Source: Dehalococcoidia bacterium (GTDB lineage Bacteria; Chloroflexota; Dehalococcoidia; UBA2979). From it: a stretch of DNA of 64,000 nt. The notes below the pieces were generated by a model, which was not told the DNA's origin, did not search any database, and worked only from the letters and a program-made list of their open reading frames with translations. Shown here piece by piece: positions 27,271-37,074 of the stretch. The number at the start of each line of letters is the position of its first letter. Position 1 is the first letter of the stretch. The stretch spans positions 556,141 to 620,140 of the forward strand of contig JAWKPL010000001.1 in the NCBI GenBank assembly GCA_041390685.1. The letters run 5' to 3'. The position numbers and the translations under genes were made by a program.

Positions 27271-28942
27271 TTTCTTGAAACGGCGGTGGGCGCTCGGGTT
27301 ACAGACGGGAGCGGCGACGGTCATCGGGCTGCTGCTGCTGGCCTGTGGCGCGTCGGACACGGGCGAGGGCGGCGCCGGTGGCGCGGCGCAGTCCGAGAGC
27401 GGCGACGCGACGGCGGCCACTGACCAGTCCGGCAGCGGCGGGACGCTCCGCATCGCGATGTCCGCGGGGAACATCCCGATCCCGGACCAGTTCCCGACCG
27501 AGGGCGGCGAAGGGCGGCGCTTTGTCGGCGTCAACGTGTACGACGCCCTCGTGAACTGGGACACCGACCAGGGTGACGCGCCGCCGGGTGTGGTGCCGGG
27601 ACTGGCGGAGTCGTGGAGCCGCTCCGAGGACAACCTCACGTGGACGTTCAAGCTCCGGCAGGGGGTGACGTTCCACGACGGCACGGCGTTCGATGCGGAC
27701 GCGGTGATGTTCGCGTTCGACCGGCTGATGAAGAAGGACTTCGAGTTCTACTCGGAGACGCAGCGGGGATCCGGGGCGAGCAACATCGCGGCGATCGCGA
27801 GCTACGAGAAGATCGACGCCCAGACGGTGGCGTTCACGACGAACAAGCCGTGGTCGTTCTTCCTATACGACCTGGCGTTGATCAACATTCCCAGCCCGAC
27901 CGCCATACGGACGTACGGCAACAAGGAGTACCCGCGCCACGCGAGCGGGACCGGGCCCTTCAAGATCGACAAGTACGTCGACGGCCAGGTGATGGAACTG
28001 GTCCCGAACACGGCGTACTGGGGCCGCGTCCCGAAGCTCGAGCGGCTGATCTTGCTGCCGATGCCGGAGCCCGCGACTCGCCTCGCCGCACTGCAGTCGG
28101 GGCAGGTCGACTGGGCGGAAGTGCCGCCGCCGGATGCGATCGAGCAGCTTCGGGCGTCCGGCTACAACGTGCTCCTGAAGTCCTACCCGCACGCGATCTA
28201 CTACGGGTTCAACACGTATCGGGCGCCGTTCGACGACCCGAAGGTCCGCCAGGCGGTCGCCTACGGCATCGACCGCGAGGGGATGGTCGCGATCATCCAG
28301 GGCGCGGGCGGGCCGGCGACGCAGCTCATGTACGAGGGCAACCCGTGGCGTGACCCGACGTTCGAGGGCTACAGCTACGACCCGGACAAGGCGCGCGCAC
28401 TGCTGGCCGAGGCGGGCAAGTCGAGCGGCCTGAAGATCACGGTCGCGTACCCGACCGGCGGCTCCGGGAACATGTGGCCCGGCCCGATGAACGAGAAGTT
28501 CCAGCAGGACATGCGTGACATCGGGATCCAGGTGGACCTGGTGCCCCTCGAATGGAACACGGTAATTGCACTGTACCGAGCGGGGCTGGCGTCACCGGAC
28601 TACAGCAAGTACGACGCGTTCTACTTCTCGCCCAACACGCAGGCGCCGCTGCTCGCGTTCGCCTCGTACCTCACGGAGCGCATCCCGCCGGCGGGGTGCT
28701 GCAACGCCACGGGTTGGTCGAGCGCGGACGCGGACGCGCTCTTCAAGCAGGCGGCAAACACGTTCGACGACGCGGCGCGGGACCAGCTACTGGCGCAGTT
28801 CGAGGGACTGATGATGCGCGATGCGCCCATCGCCCCGGTCGTCCATGACCTGAACCTGCGCGTCCTCTCGCCCAAGGTCCGCGGGTGGATCCAGCCGCAG
28901 TCCTGGTGGGGCGACTTCACCAGCGTGTGGATGAAGGACTGA
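27263..28942 (+). CDS. ABC transporter substrate-binding protein, family 5 (DppA/OppA-like), lipoprotein
   Basis: 'LLLLACGASD' lipobox and SBP_bac_5-like sequence. GTG at 27263 after AAGGA is the start chosen; 27233 is an alternative. Confidence 0.8.
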   Translation: MADFLKRRWALGLQTGAATVIGLLLLACGASDTGEGGAGGAAQSESGDATAATDQSGSGGTLRIAMSAGNIPIPDQFPTEGGEGRRFVGVNVYDALVNWDTDQGDAPPGVVPGLAESWSRSEDNLTWTFKLRQGVTFHDGTAFDADAVMFAFDRLMKKDFEFYSETQRGSGASNIAAIASYEKIDAQTVAFTTNKPWSFFLYDLALINIPSPTAIRTYGNKEYPRHASGTGPFKIDKYVDGQVMELVPNTAYWGRVPKLERLILLPMPEPATRLAALQSGQVDWAEVPPPDAIEQLRASGYNVLLKSYPHAIYYGFNTYRAPFDDPKVRQAVAYGIDREGMVAIIQGAGGPATQLMYEGNPWRDPTFEGYSYDPDKARALLAEAGKSSGLKITVAYPTGGSGNMWPGPMNEKFQQDMRDIGIQVDLVPLEWNTVIALYRAGLASPDYSKYDAFYFSPNTQAPLLAFASYLTERIPPAGCCNATGWSSADADALFKQAANTFDDAARDQLLAQFEGLMMRDAPIAPVVHDLNLRVLSPKVRGWIQPQSWWGDFTSVWMKD

Positions 28943-28945
28943 GCG

Positions 28946-29890
28946 ATGCTCGTGATGCTCGTGCGGCGCCTGGCGATGGTCGTACCCACGCTGCTCGGTG
29001 TCTCGATCGTGGTGTTCCTACTGATGAGCGTCCTGCCAGGGGATCCCCTGGCAGGGCTGCTCGCCCAGGACGCGAGCGCGGCGGACCGGGCGGCGCTCGA
29101 GCAGAGCATGGGCCTGGACGACCCGTTGCCGGTGCGTTACGTGCACTGGCTCGGGGATGCGCTGACGGGAGACTTCGGGTACTCCCCGTACCGGCGGCGC
29201 GACGTTGCCGACCTGCTGGGGACGGCCTTTCGGAACACGTTGCAGCTGGCGGTGGCCTCGGCGGCGGTCGGCATCGGACTGGGGGTGGCTCTCGGGACGA
29301 TCGCGGCGGTGCACCGGGGACGTCTCCTCGACCGACTGGTCTCCGTGGTCGCGATGACGGGGATCAGCGTGCCTTCGTACTGGGTGGCGATCCTGCTGAT
29401 CATCGTGTTCTCCGCGAATCTGCACTGGCTGCCCGCCGGAGGCATGAGCAGCGGGGGCGGGGGTCTCCTCGACACGTTGAAGCACCTCGTGATGCCGGCG
29501 TTCGCCAGCGCGTTCGTATCGATCGGCGTCACGGCACGCATGATGCGCGCCAGCCTGCTGGAGACGTACGGGCAGGACTTCGTCGACACGCTGCGGGCGA
29601 AGGGGCTGACGGGCCGGCAGATCCTCTGGCACGTGGCGAAGAACGCGGCGTCGCCGGTGCTGACCGTCGCCGGCCTCCAGGTCGGGTTCCTGCTCGGGGG
29701 ATCCGTGTTGATCGAGACGATCTTCTCGTGGCCGGGCCTTGGTCAGCTCATCTTCCAGGCGATCAGCGCGCGCGACTTCCGAGTGATCCAGGCCGGGATC
29801 CTCGTCGTGGCCGTGACGTTCGTCCTCGTCAACCTCGTCGTGGACCTGCTGCAGCTGGTGATCGACCCGCGGCTGCGGAAGGCCGCCTGA
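28946..29890 (+). CDS. ABC transporter permease (DppB-like)
   Basis: 314 aa, 6 TM segments, BPD-transporter signature region. Confidence 0.85.
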   Translation: MLVMLVRRLAMVVPTLLGVSIVVFLLMSVLPGDPLAGLLAQDASAADRAALEQSMGLDDPLPVRYVHWLGDALTGDFGYSPYRRRDVADLLGTAFRNTLQLAVASAAVGIGLGVALGTIAAVHRGRLLDRLVSVVAMTGISVPSYWVAILLIIVFSANLHWLPAGGMSSGGGGLLDTLKHLVMPAFASAFVSIGVTARMMRASLLETYGQDFVDTLRAKGLTGRQILWHVAKNAASPVLTVAGLQVGFLLGGSVLIETIFSWPGLGQLIFQAISARDFRVIQAGILVVAVTFVLVNLVVDLLQLVIDPRLRKAA

Positions 29891-29922
29891 ACCAGCCGTT
29901 GCTGGACGGAAGGAGTCGCAGC

Positions 29923-30825
29923 ATGGTCGCCATCACCACGCCTACCCGCGCGAAGCGGCCGGCGGACGAGACGCTGGTCGCGCCGCGCTCGTACCTCGGG
30001 GAAGTGCGAGTCCGCTTCATGACGAAGCGGGCGGGCGTCGGGGCGCTGGGCGTGCTCGCGGTCATCGCCGTGACGGCTGTGGCTGCCCCGTTGCTGACGC
30101 CACACGACCCTCTCGCCGGCCGCGCGACGGAGCGGCTGCTCCCGATCGGGGCGGCCGGACACCTCCTCGGGACTGACGAGCAGGGCCGGGACATGCTGAC
30201 GCGTCTGCTGTACGCGGGGCGGCTGTCGCTGGTGACGGGGACGATGCCCGTCCTGATCGCGACGATCCTGGGCACAGCGATCGGCGCCACCGCGGGCTAC
30301 CTGCGGGGGCCGCTGGGCGCGGTGTTGATGCGCTCAATGGACATGCTGTACGCGTTCCCGGCGGTCATGCTCGCAATCGCGGTCGCGGCGTCGCTTGGGC
30401 CAGGGGTGAACAACTCGATCCTCGCGATCAGCATCGTGTTCATCCCGCCGATCGCGCGGGTCGCGGAGGCCGCCACGCGACGCGTTGTGCTCCTCGAATA
30501 CATCGAAGCGGCGCGGCTGAGCGGAGCAAGCACGGCGCGGATCATCGTGTCGCAGGTGCTGGCGAACATCTTCAACCCGATCTTCGTGTACGCGTCTGGG
30601 CTGGTGGGGCTGAGCATCGTGATCGCCTCGGGCCTCAGCTTCCTGGGGCTGGGGGCGGCCCCGCCGACGCCGGAGTGGGGATACATGCTCAACAGCCTGC
30701 GAGGCGCGATTTACACGCAGCCGTGGGTCGCGGTCCTGCCCGGGCTCTTCATCTTCGCCACATCGATGGCCTGCAACGTGGTGAGCGACGCGCTACGCGA
30801 CGCGCTCGACGTGAAGGACGCGTAG
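29923..30825 (+). CDS. ABC transporter permease (DppC-like)
   Basis: C-terminal 300 aa of ORF 28885..30825. ATG 7 nt after AAGGAG. Confidence 0.8.
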   Translation: MVAITTPTRAKRPADETLVAPRSYLGEVRVRFMTKRAGVGALGVLAVIAVTAVAAPLLTPHDPLAGRATERLLPIGAAGHLLGTDEQGRDMLTRLLYAGRLSLVTGTMPVLIATILGTAIGATAGYLRGPLGAVLMRSMDMLYAFPAVMLAIAVAASLGPGVNNSILAISIVFIPPIARVAEAATRRVVLLEYIEAARLSGASTARIIVSQVLANIFNPIFVYASGLVGLSIVIASGLSFLGLGAAPPTPEWGYMLNSLRGAIYTQPWVAVLPGLFIFATSMACNVVSDALRDALDVKDA

Positions 30826-30865
30826 CCGACGGCTGAGCCGAGGTGAGCAACGGAAGGAAGTGGCC

Positions 30866-31972
30866 ATGGCAACGCCGACAGGGACGCCCGTATCGACCTC
30901 GACCACGTGGGGAAGCACCACCGGGTTCAGCACCCAGTCGCCGCGTGAGCTCGTGCATGCGGATGTGCTACTGCGAGTGGCCGGGCTGTCGAAGGACTTC
31001 CCGGTACGCCTCGGGGTGCGCGCGCGGGGAGTGCTCTCGGCCGTCGACAACGTGTCCTTCGCGGTGCGCGCGGGCACGACGGTTGGCATCGTCGGGGAGT
31101 CCGGATGTGGGAAGTCGACGACCGCACGCCTGATCCTCGGCCTGATCGAGCCTGACCGCGGGTCGATCGAGTTCGAGGGGGTGGACATCCGCACCCTGGA
31201 CCGGGTGCAACGGCGAGCGGTGAAACGCAACATGCAGATGGTCTTTCAGGATCCGTACTCGGCGCTCAATCCGCGCATGTCGGTCGGGGCGAGCATCGCC
31301 TTCCCCATGGCCGTGCATGGCATGCCGCGCAAGGAGCAGCGCGAGCGAACGGCGATGCTCCTGCAGCAGGTCGGACTGCATCCGAACCACGCCTCGTACT
31401 ACCCGCACCAGATGAGCGGCGGACAGCGGCAGCGGGTGAACATCGCCCGCGCGCTGGCGCTGGAGCCGCGGCTCGTGATTGCGGACGAGGCGGTGTCCGC
31501 GCTCGACAAGTCGGTGCAGGCACAGGTGCTGAACCTGCTCACCGACCTGCAGGAGCGTCTGGGGCTGACCTATCTGTTCATCAGTCACGACCTGAACGTC
31601 GTGCAGTACGTCGCGGACCGGGTGATCGTCATGTACCTCGGACAGGTGGTCGAAGACTGTCCGTCGGACGAGCTGTACGCCCGTCCGCTGCACCCGTACA
31701 CGCAGGCGCTGCTGGCCTCGATCCCGGACATCGACCCGGACCGTCCGGCGCCCGCCGGCCTCGAGGGGGACGTCCCGAGCCCGCTCAACCCCCCCTCGGG
31801 GTGCCGGTTCCGGACGCGGTGCCCCGCGGCGATGGCGGTGTGCGGCGAGGAGCGGCCGGAGCTGCTCGAGGCGGAGCCGGGCCACCTCGTGGCGTGCCAC
31901 CTGTTCGACCGCGCGTCGCCGGCACGGGCGGCGCCGGAGCCAGCGCAGGGAGTCGCCATGGCCAACGCGTGA
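30866..31972 (+). CDS. Peptide ABC transporter ATP-binding protein (DppF/OppF-like)
   Basis: Walker A 'GESGCGKST', signature 'MSGGQRQR'. ATG after GGAAGGAAG. Confidence 0.85.
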   Translation: MATPTGTPVSTSTTWGSTTGFSTQSPRELVHADVLLRVAGLSKDFPVRLGVRARGVLSAVDNVSFAVRAGTTVGIVGESGCGKSTTARLILGLIEPDRGSIEFEGVDIRTLDRVQRRAVKRNMQMVFQDPYSALNPRMSVGASIAFPMAVHGMPRKEQRERTAMLLQQVGLHPNHASYYPHQMSGGQRQRVNIARALALEPRLVIADEAVSALDKSVQAQVLNLLTDLQERLGLTYLFISHDLNVVQYVADRVIVMYLGQVVEDCPSDELYARPLHPYTQALLASIPDIDPDRPAPAGLEGDVPSPLNPPSGCRFRTRCPAAMAVCGEERPELLEAEPGHLVACHLFDRASPARAAPEPAQGVAMANA

Positions 31973-32027
31973 CAAACGGAGCCAGCGCACATCCTCGCCA
32001 GTGGGTGAGGGGAAAGAAGGGAGCATC

Positions 32028-32219
32028 ATGCCAGCACCCACCGACACCGAAGGAACGGTACGAACGCTGCTCGCGAGCGCGGGCCTGTCGCTGACTGACG
32101 AGCAGGTGGCGATGTACGTCCGCGTGTACCCGCGGCTGCGCGCCTCGGCGGACGCGCTCTTCGCCATGCCCGAGGTCCGCTACGAGCAGCCAGCGGTGAT
32201 CTTCCCGGCGGCGGTCTGA
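32028..32219 (+). CDS. Small AtzG/GatC-like amidase-associated protein (63 aa)
   Basis: ATG 6 nt after GAAGGGAG. 'LSLTDEQVAMYVRVYPRLRASADALFAMPEV' resembles the small partner subunits found next to amidase-signature enzymes. Confidence 0.5.
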   Translation: MPAPTDTEGTVRTLLASAGLSLTDEQVAMYVRVYPRLRASADALFAMPEVRYEQPAVIFPAAV

Positions 32220-32254
32220 ACAACCAGCACGGCCACTCGACAGGAGAACTCACG

Positions 32255-33667
32255 ATGACCTTTCCGCTGACCATCGAAGCCACGGCCGCGGCGCTGCGCG
32301 CGGGCGAATTCACGAGCCTGGAGCTGACGCGGGCGCTGCTCGCGAAGGCGAAGGCGCTCAACCCCACGCTGGGCGCGTTCATCGAGATCACGGAAGAGAC
32401 CGCGCTGTCCGAGGCGGTGGCGGCGGACGCGAAGTTCGCGGCCGGAATCGACCTCGGGCCGCTGCAGGGGATCCCGTACGGCGTGAAGGACATCATCGCG
32501 ACGAAGGACGCGCCCACGACTGCGAACGGGCTGATCCTCGACCGATCGTGGGGGGCGGGGTACGACGCGACTGTCGTGGCGAAGCTGCGGGCGGCGGGCG
32601 CGGTGCTGATGGGCAAGCTGGTCCTGAACGAGTTCGCGATCGGCATGCCGGATGCGAGCAAACCGTTTCCGATGCCGCAGAACCCGTGGGACCTCGAGCG
32701 GAGCGCCTCCGGATCGAGTTCGGGGACGGGGATCGCTGTATCCACGGGCCTGGTGCTCGGCGGTCTGGGGACGGACACCGGCGGATCGACGCGGGGGCCC
32801 TCGTCGTGGAACGGGCACAGCGGGATGAAGCAGACGTTCGGGCGGGTCTCCAAGTACGGGTGCGTCCCACTGGGCTACAGCCTCGACCATATCAACCCAA
32901 TGGCGCGCAGCGCGTATGACTGCGCGCTCATGCTGACCGTGATGGCAGGCTACGACTCACTCGACCCTACGACCGTCGACGTGCCGGTCCCGGACTACGC
33001 GGCGGAGCTCACGGGCAGGATGGACGGACTGCGAGTCGGCGTGCCGATGGCGTACTTCTTCGACGCCCCCGACCTGGAGCCGGAGGTCCGCGCGGCCGTA
33101 CTGGCCGCGGTCCGGACGCTCGAGGAAGCGGGGGCCGTGGTCACGGAGGTGGCGCTGCCGCACGCGGGTGAGGCGAAGGACGCGAACATGATCATCATGT
33201 ACAGCGAGGCCTTCGCGTACCACCGTGACGACCTGGCCGCGCGGTACGACGTCTACGGACGATATACTTCGGAGGTACTCACGCGGGGCGCGCTGCTCGG
33301 GGCCTCGGACTACGTGCAGGCGCAGCGGTTCCGCTCGTACTGGAAGCGGGCGGTGGCCGATGCGATGGCGGACGTGGACGTCCTGATCACGCCGACCTCG
33401 ATCAGCCCGGCGCCGAAGCGGTCGGAGATGAGCCCGGAGAAGCAACTCGGCGGGTCCAGCTTCACGAGCCAGTGGAACCTGACGGGACTGCCGGCGATGG
33501 CGATCCCGTGCGGGTTCAGCGAGGGTGGGCTGCCGCTCTCGATGCAGGTCATCGGGAAGCCGTTCGCCGAGGGCACGGTGTTCCAGGTCGGGCATGCGTA
33601 TCAGCAGCTGACGGAGTATCACCTGCGCGTGCCCGCGATCGCGGTAGAGGCTGCAGCAGCGGCGTAG
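32255..33667 (+). CDS. Amidase-signature family amidase (GatA-like)
   Basis: 'GGSSSGTG' signature and a Ser-cisSer-Lys triad context. Confidence 0.85.
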   Translation: MTFPLTIEATAAALRAGEFTSLELTRALLAKAKALNPTLGAFIEITEETALSEAVAADAKFAAGIDLGPLQGIPYGVKDIIATKDAPTTANGLILDRSWGAGYDATVVAKLRAAGAVLMGKLVLNEFAIGMPDASKPFPMPQNPWDLERSASGSSSGTGIAVSTGLVLGGLGTDTGGSTRGPSSWNGHSGMKQTFGRVSKYGCVPLGYSLDHINPMARSAYDCALMLTVMAGYDSLDPTTVDVPVPDYAAELTGRMDGLRVGVPMAYFFDAPDLEPEVRAAVLAAVRTLEEAGAVVTEVALPHAGEAKDANMIIMYSEAFAYHRDDLAARYDVYGRYTSEVLTRGALLGASDYVQAQRFRSYWKRAVADAMADVDVLITPTSISPAPKRSEMSPEKQLGGSSFTSQWNLTGLPAMAIPCGFSEGGLPLSMQVIGKPFAEGTVFQVGHAYQQLTEYHLRVPAIAVEAAAAA

Positions 33668-33673
33668 CACAGG

Positions 33674-33709
33674 CAGCGGGGGCGGGCGCCGCAGCGGCTG
33701 CCCCCGCTG
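33674..33709 (+). terminator. GC-rich hairpin (10-bp perfect stem with nested stem) directly after the amidase stop
   Basis: 'cagcgggggc'...'gcccccgctg' with an internal 'gccgc'/'gcggc' stem. There is no U-tract, which is common at high GC. Confidence 0.45.
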
Positions 33710-34163
33710 ACCAGCACGGGTCGCTCAGACCCGGTCGATGCCGGACGCGCGCGGCGACGGGCAGAGACAGAGCACGCTCCATCCTCGGATGGGCGGAGCG
33801 GTGCGCATCCCAGCAAGCGCGTAGGCGGGCCGGCTGCTGGAGGGCGTTCGTGGACTGTGGGCGTGACCTGCGGGCGCGCCGCTGCGATGAACGACTGCGT
33901 CCCTTGCCGAGTAACGCGGAACAACGCCACACCCCCTGCGGTTCGGAACGTGCGCCGTCCTCACCAAAGCGGACGTGGTAGGCTCCGCGCGCATGCGGAG
34001 GTAGGCGTCGATGGGCCGCAGCCACGGCGCGCTCCGTCCGAAGGACCTCACCTCGGCGGGGGCGGGGTGTACGCGCGGACGCACGGGGATCTCAGCTGCG
34101 CGGCCGAGACGATCGCTCCGAGGCGTTCGGAGCGAGAGCGGCTCCAGAGTCGAGGGTGACTTC

Positions 34164-35270
34164 GTGGTGAAGACCGTTGCCCGATGGATGGTTGTGCTGC
34201 TGGTCTTCGCGGCCGGGTGCTCCTCGGGCGGGGAGACGCTGGAGGTGCGGCTCGGAGTGGTGCAGTCGCTGACCGGGACCGGTGCGGCGTACGGGCAGAG
34301 CGGCGCGGAGGGGATCAGGCTGGCGATCGATGAAGTGAACGCCTCGGACAGTGGCATTAGCATCGAGTACGCCGTCAGCGACGACGCGAGCAAGCCCGAG
34401 ACCGGCGTCGGGGCTTTCCAGGCGTTCGTCGACGACGGGGTGACGGCGGTGATCGGGCCGTCGCTGTCGAACGTCGCGTTCCAGGCCCTGGCGGTGACGG
34501 AGGGCGGCGGTGTCCCCGCGATCTCACCGATGACCACGGCAAGCGGGATTGGCGAGATCGGCGACTACGTGTTCCGAGTGGCGCTCGCCGAGGATGCGTC
34601 ATTGCCGGCGCTCATCGCGCGCGTCGCGACCATCAGCAGCGTCCGTACGGGCGCGCTCTTCTTTGACAGCAGCGACGCGTACTCGCGATCGAGCGCGGAG
34701 GCGATGCGGGCGGGCCTTGCGGCGTCCGGCGGCGCAGTGACGATCGAGGTCGACATCGCCGCGGGGATGCCGACCGCGGCCATGCTGGCGGGCTCCGCAG
34801 TCACCGAGGCGGATATCTTCTTGCTGCCGATGCTGGTCGATGCGGCGGCGCCGGTGCTGCGCGGGCTGCGCGACGCGGGGCTGACGCAGCCCGCGATCGG
34901 GGGGAGTGCGCTCGCATCGCCAGACCTGGTGAAGCTGGCAGGCGACGCAGCGGACGGGACGTACGTGGCGTCCACATGGCACCCGGACGTGGCCAACGAG
35001 CGAAGCCGGGAGTTCGTCCGGGCATACACCGAGGCGTTCGGTCACGCGCCGGACAACTACGCGGCCGTGAGCTACGCCTCGGTCTACCTGCTCGTCGATG
35101 CTCTGCAGCGCGCCGGCTCGCCCGATCCGGACAAGCTGCGGGACGCGCTGACGGCAACGAGCGCCCTGGACACGGTACTCGGGACGCTGTCGATTGGGCC
35201 AAGCGGTGATGCGACGTTCCAGCCGGTATTCCAGGTGTTCAGCGACGGAACGCTGACGTTGCTCGACTAG
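34164..35270 (+). CDS. Branched-chain amino acid-type ABC substrate-binding protein (LivJ-like), lipoprotein, orphan
   Basis: 'LLVFAAGCSSGG' lipobox and a periplasmic-binding-protein type I-like fold. No permease or ATPase follows. Confidence 0.7.
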   Translation: MVKTVARWMVVLLVFAAGCSSGGETLEVRLGVVQSLTGTGAAYGQSGAEGIRLAIDEVNASDSGISIEYAVSDDASKPETGVGAFQAFVDDGVTAVIGPSLSNVAFQALAVTEGGGVPAISPMTTASGIGEIGDYVFRVALAEDASLPALIARVATISSVRTGALFFDSSDAYSRSSAEAMRAGLAASGGAVTIEVDIAAGMPTAAMLAGSAVTEADIFLLPMLVDAAAPVLRGLRDAGLTQPAIGGSALASPDLVKLAGDAADGTYVASTWHPDVANERSREFVRAYTEAFGHAPDNYAAVSYASVYLLVDALQRAGSPDPDKLRDALTATSALDTVLGTLSIGPSGDATFQPVFQVFSDGTLTLLD

Positions 35271-35384
35271 GCCTCGGTCAGGGTCCATCGATCGCCGGGT
35301 GCCGCGGCGTGCCTCGCGGTGGCGTCGCGCGGAGCGCGGAGGATGCACTCGCATCGTCAGGCAAGATCCCGAAGGAGTGGTCGA

Positions 35385-35668
35385 GTGGAGGACTTCTCGC
35401 TTCAGGAGGCGCGCGAGGTGCTCGCCGCGCTCCGCGCGATCGCGCGATCGCGCGGGACGAGCTTCGCGCACCGCTGAGCGATGCGGACTGCGCGGCGCTG
35501 ATGGAGGCGGGCGTGGAGATCAAGGACCGCACTCGCGGGCTGATCGATTTTCCGACCACCATCGATGGGTCGCCGTCCTACTGGTGCTGGCAGGCGGGCG
35601 AGCCGGACATCTCGTGGTGGCACCGGCAGGACGCCGGCTTCGCCGGCCGGAGGCCCGTGGCCGACTGA
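35385..35668 (+). pseudogene. DUF2203-family gene disrupted by an 8-bp tandem duplication (GCGCGATC x2) causing a frameshift
   Basis: One frame gives GTG (after AAGGAG) then 'VEDFSLQEAREVLAALRAIARSRGTSFAHR*'. The other gives '...ELRAPLSDADCAALMEAGVEIKDRTRGLIDFPTTIDGSPSYWCWQAGEPDISWWHRQDAGFAGRRPVAD'. Deleting one 8-mer fuses the two into a continuous DUF2203-like protein. Confidence 0.55.
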
Positions 35669-35871
35669 TCCAGCCGAGGCGTGCGGACCCAACGCTGGCG
35701 GCGAGGGCGGGCCGGCGGGTCCCTTCGCGCGCGGCCACGCATCCGGCGGATTGGCCTCGGCACGGGTTGCGGGCCGGGGGGATCGATCTCTAGAGTACCG
35801 CTACCACGTTCGTGAAGTCGGTCCGGCCGCGCCGTGCTCTGGAGCGGGCCGTCTGTTGAGAGGAGGCGCCG

Positions 35872-37050
35872 GTGTCCCTTCGAGGAGCAGCTGCCATCGT
35901 CGGAGTATGCGAACTCAAGCCTGAGCGGTCCCGACCGGACCGCGACGTGGCGAGCCTGCTGGCGGAGGCGAGCTTTGGAGCGATCCGCGATGCCGGTCTC
36001 CGCAAGGAGGACATTGACGGGATGCTGATGGAGCCCGACTTCAGCGGTCACGCGGGCGGGCTGAACGCCAAGATGGCGGAGTACATGGGCATCCAGCCGC
36101 AGTTCGGCGCAGGCTTGAATGTGCAGGGCGCTTCCGCCGTCACCGGCGCGGTCCTGGCGGCGGCCATTGTGAACGCCGGCCTGGCGACCTTCGTCCTGGT
36201 GGCGTGCGCGGAGGCACGCGACCCCAACGCCCGGTTCGAGGGCTTCCCGCCGCCGGACCCGACACTCGGCGAGTGGCAGAATCCGTGGGGCCCCGTGGTC
36301 GCGGCGAACGGCCACTACGCGATGATCGCCCACCGCTACGAGTACCTTTATGGGGCGGACGTCGCGAAGCGCGCGAAGATCGCCGTCGACCAACGCACGA
36401 ACGCCTGCGCGAACCCGAACGCGGTCTTCTACGACACGCCGATGACGACCGAGGACGTGGTCAACTCACGACTGGTCGCGGACCCGCTGCACCTGCTCGA
36501 GTGTGTGATGCCGACCTCCGGCGGCTCGGCGTTCATCGTGGGGCCCGCGGACCGCGCACGCAGCATGCCGCACAAACCTGTGTACATCCTCGGCGGCGCG
36601 ACCCACATCCCGCGCCAGCACTTCATGCACATGTCGGACTTCGCGGTGGCGCCGGTCGAGCGGGCGTCAAAACGGGCGATGGCGATGGCGGGCTACGGGC
36701 CGTCGGATATGGACCTGCTGCAGCTGTACGACTCGTACACCATCACCGTCATGCTGGAGCTAGAGGACTCCGGGTTTTGTCCGAAGGGCGAAGCGGGGGA
36801 CTGGATCCAGGAGCAGGACTTCACCTACCGCGGCAACTTGCCGCTGAATACGCACGGCGGCCAGATGTCGTACGGGCAGGCAGGCGACGCCGGCGGCTTT
36901 TCGCAGGTCACCGAGGCGGTGTTCCAGGCGCGGGGCGATGCGGGCGAGCGGCAGGTACAGAAGGACATCAACCTCATCTACGTCACGGGCTCCGGGGGGT
37001 CATTCGCACAGCAGGCCGGCATGGTGCTGAGCACCGACCCAACCGCCTAG
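35872..37050 (+). CDS. Thiolase-like protein (SCP-x/Ltp2-type, non-canonical thiolase)
   Basis: 392 aa with a thiolase fold. GTG 5 nt after AGGAGG. Confidence 0.75.
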   Translation: MSLRGAAAIVGVCELKPERSRPDRDVASLLAEASFGAIRDAGLRKEDIDGMLMEPDFSGHAGGLNAKMAEYMGIQPQFGAGLNVQGASAVTGAVLAAAIVNAGLATFVLVACAEARDPNARFEGFPPPDPTLGEWQNPWGPVVAANGHYAMIAHRYEYLYGADVAKRAKIAVDQRTNACANPNAVFYDTPMTTEDVVNSRLVADPLHLLECVMPTSGGSAFIVGPADRARSMPHKPVYILGGATHIPRQHFMHMSDFAVAPVERASKRAMAMAGYGPSDMDLLQLYDSYTITVMLELEDSGFCPKGEAGDWIQEQDFTYRGNLPLNTHGGQMSYGQAGDAGGFSQVTEAVFQARGDAGERQVQKDINLIYVTGSGGSFAQQAGMVLSTDPTA

Positions 37051-37074
37051 CACCGCGCATCGAGGAGCATCAGC

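Noticed and set aside
28885-30825. 646-aa ORF spanning the DppB and DppC genes
   Set aside because: It is an off-frame Arg/Gly-rich read-through of dppB. The genuine DppC begins at ATG 29923 with an AAGGAG RBS.
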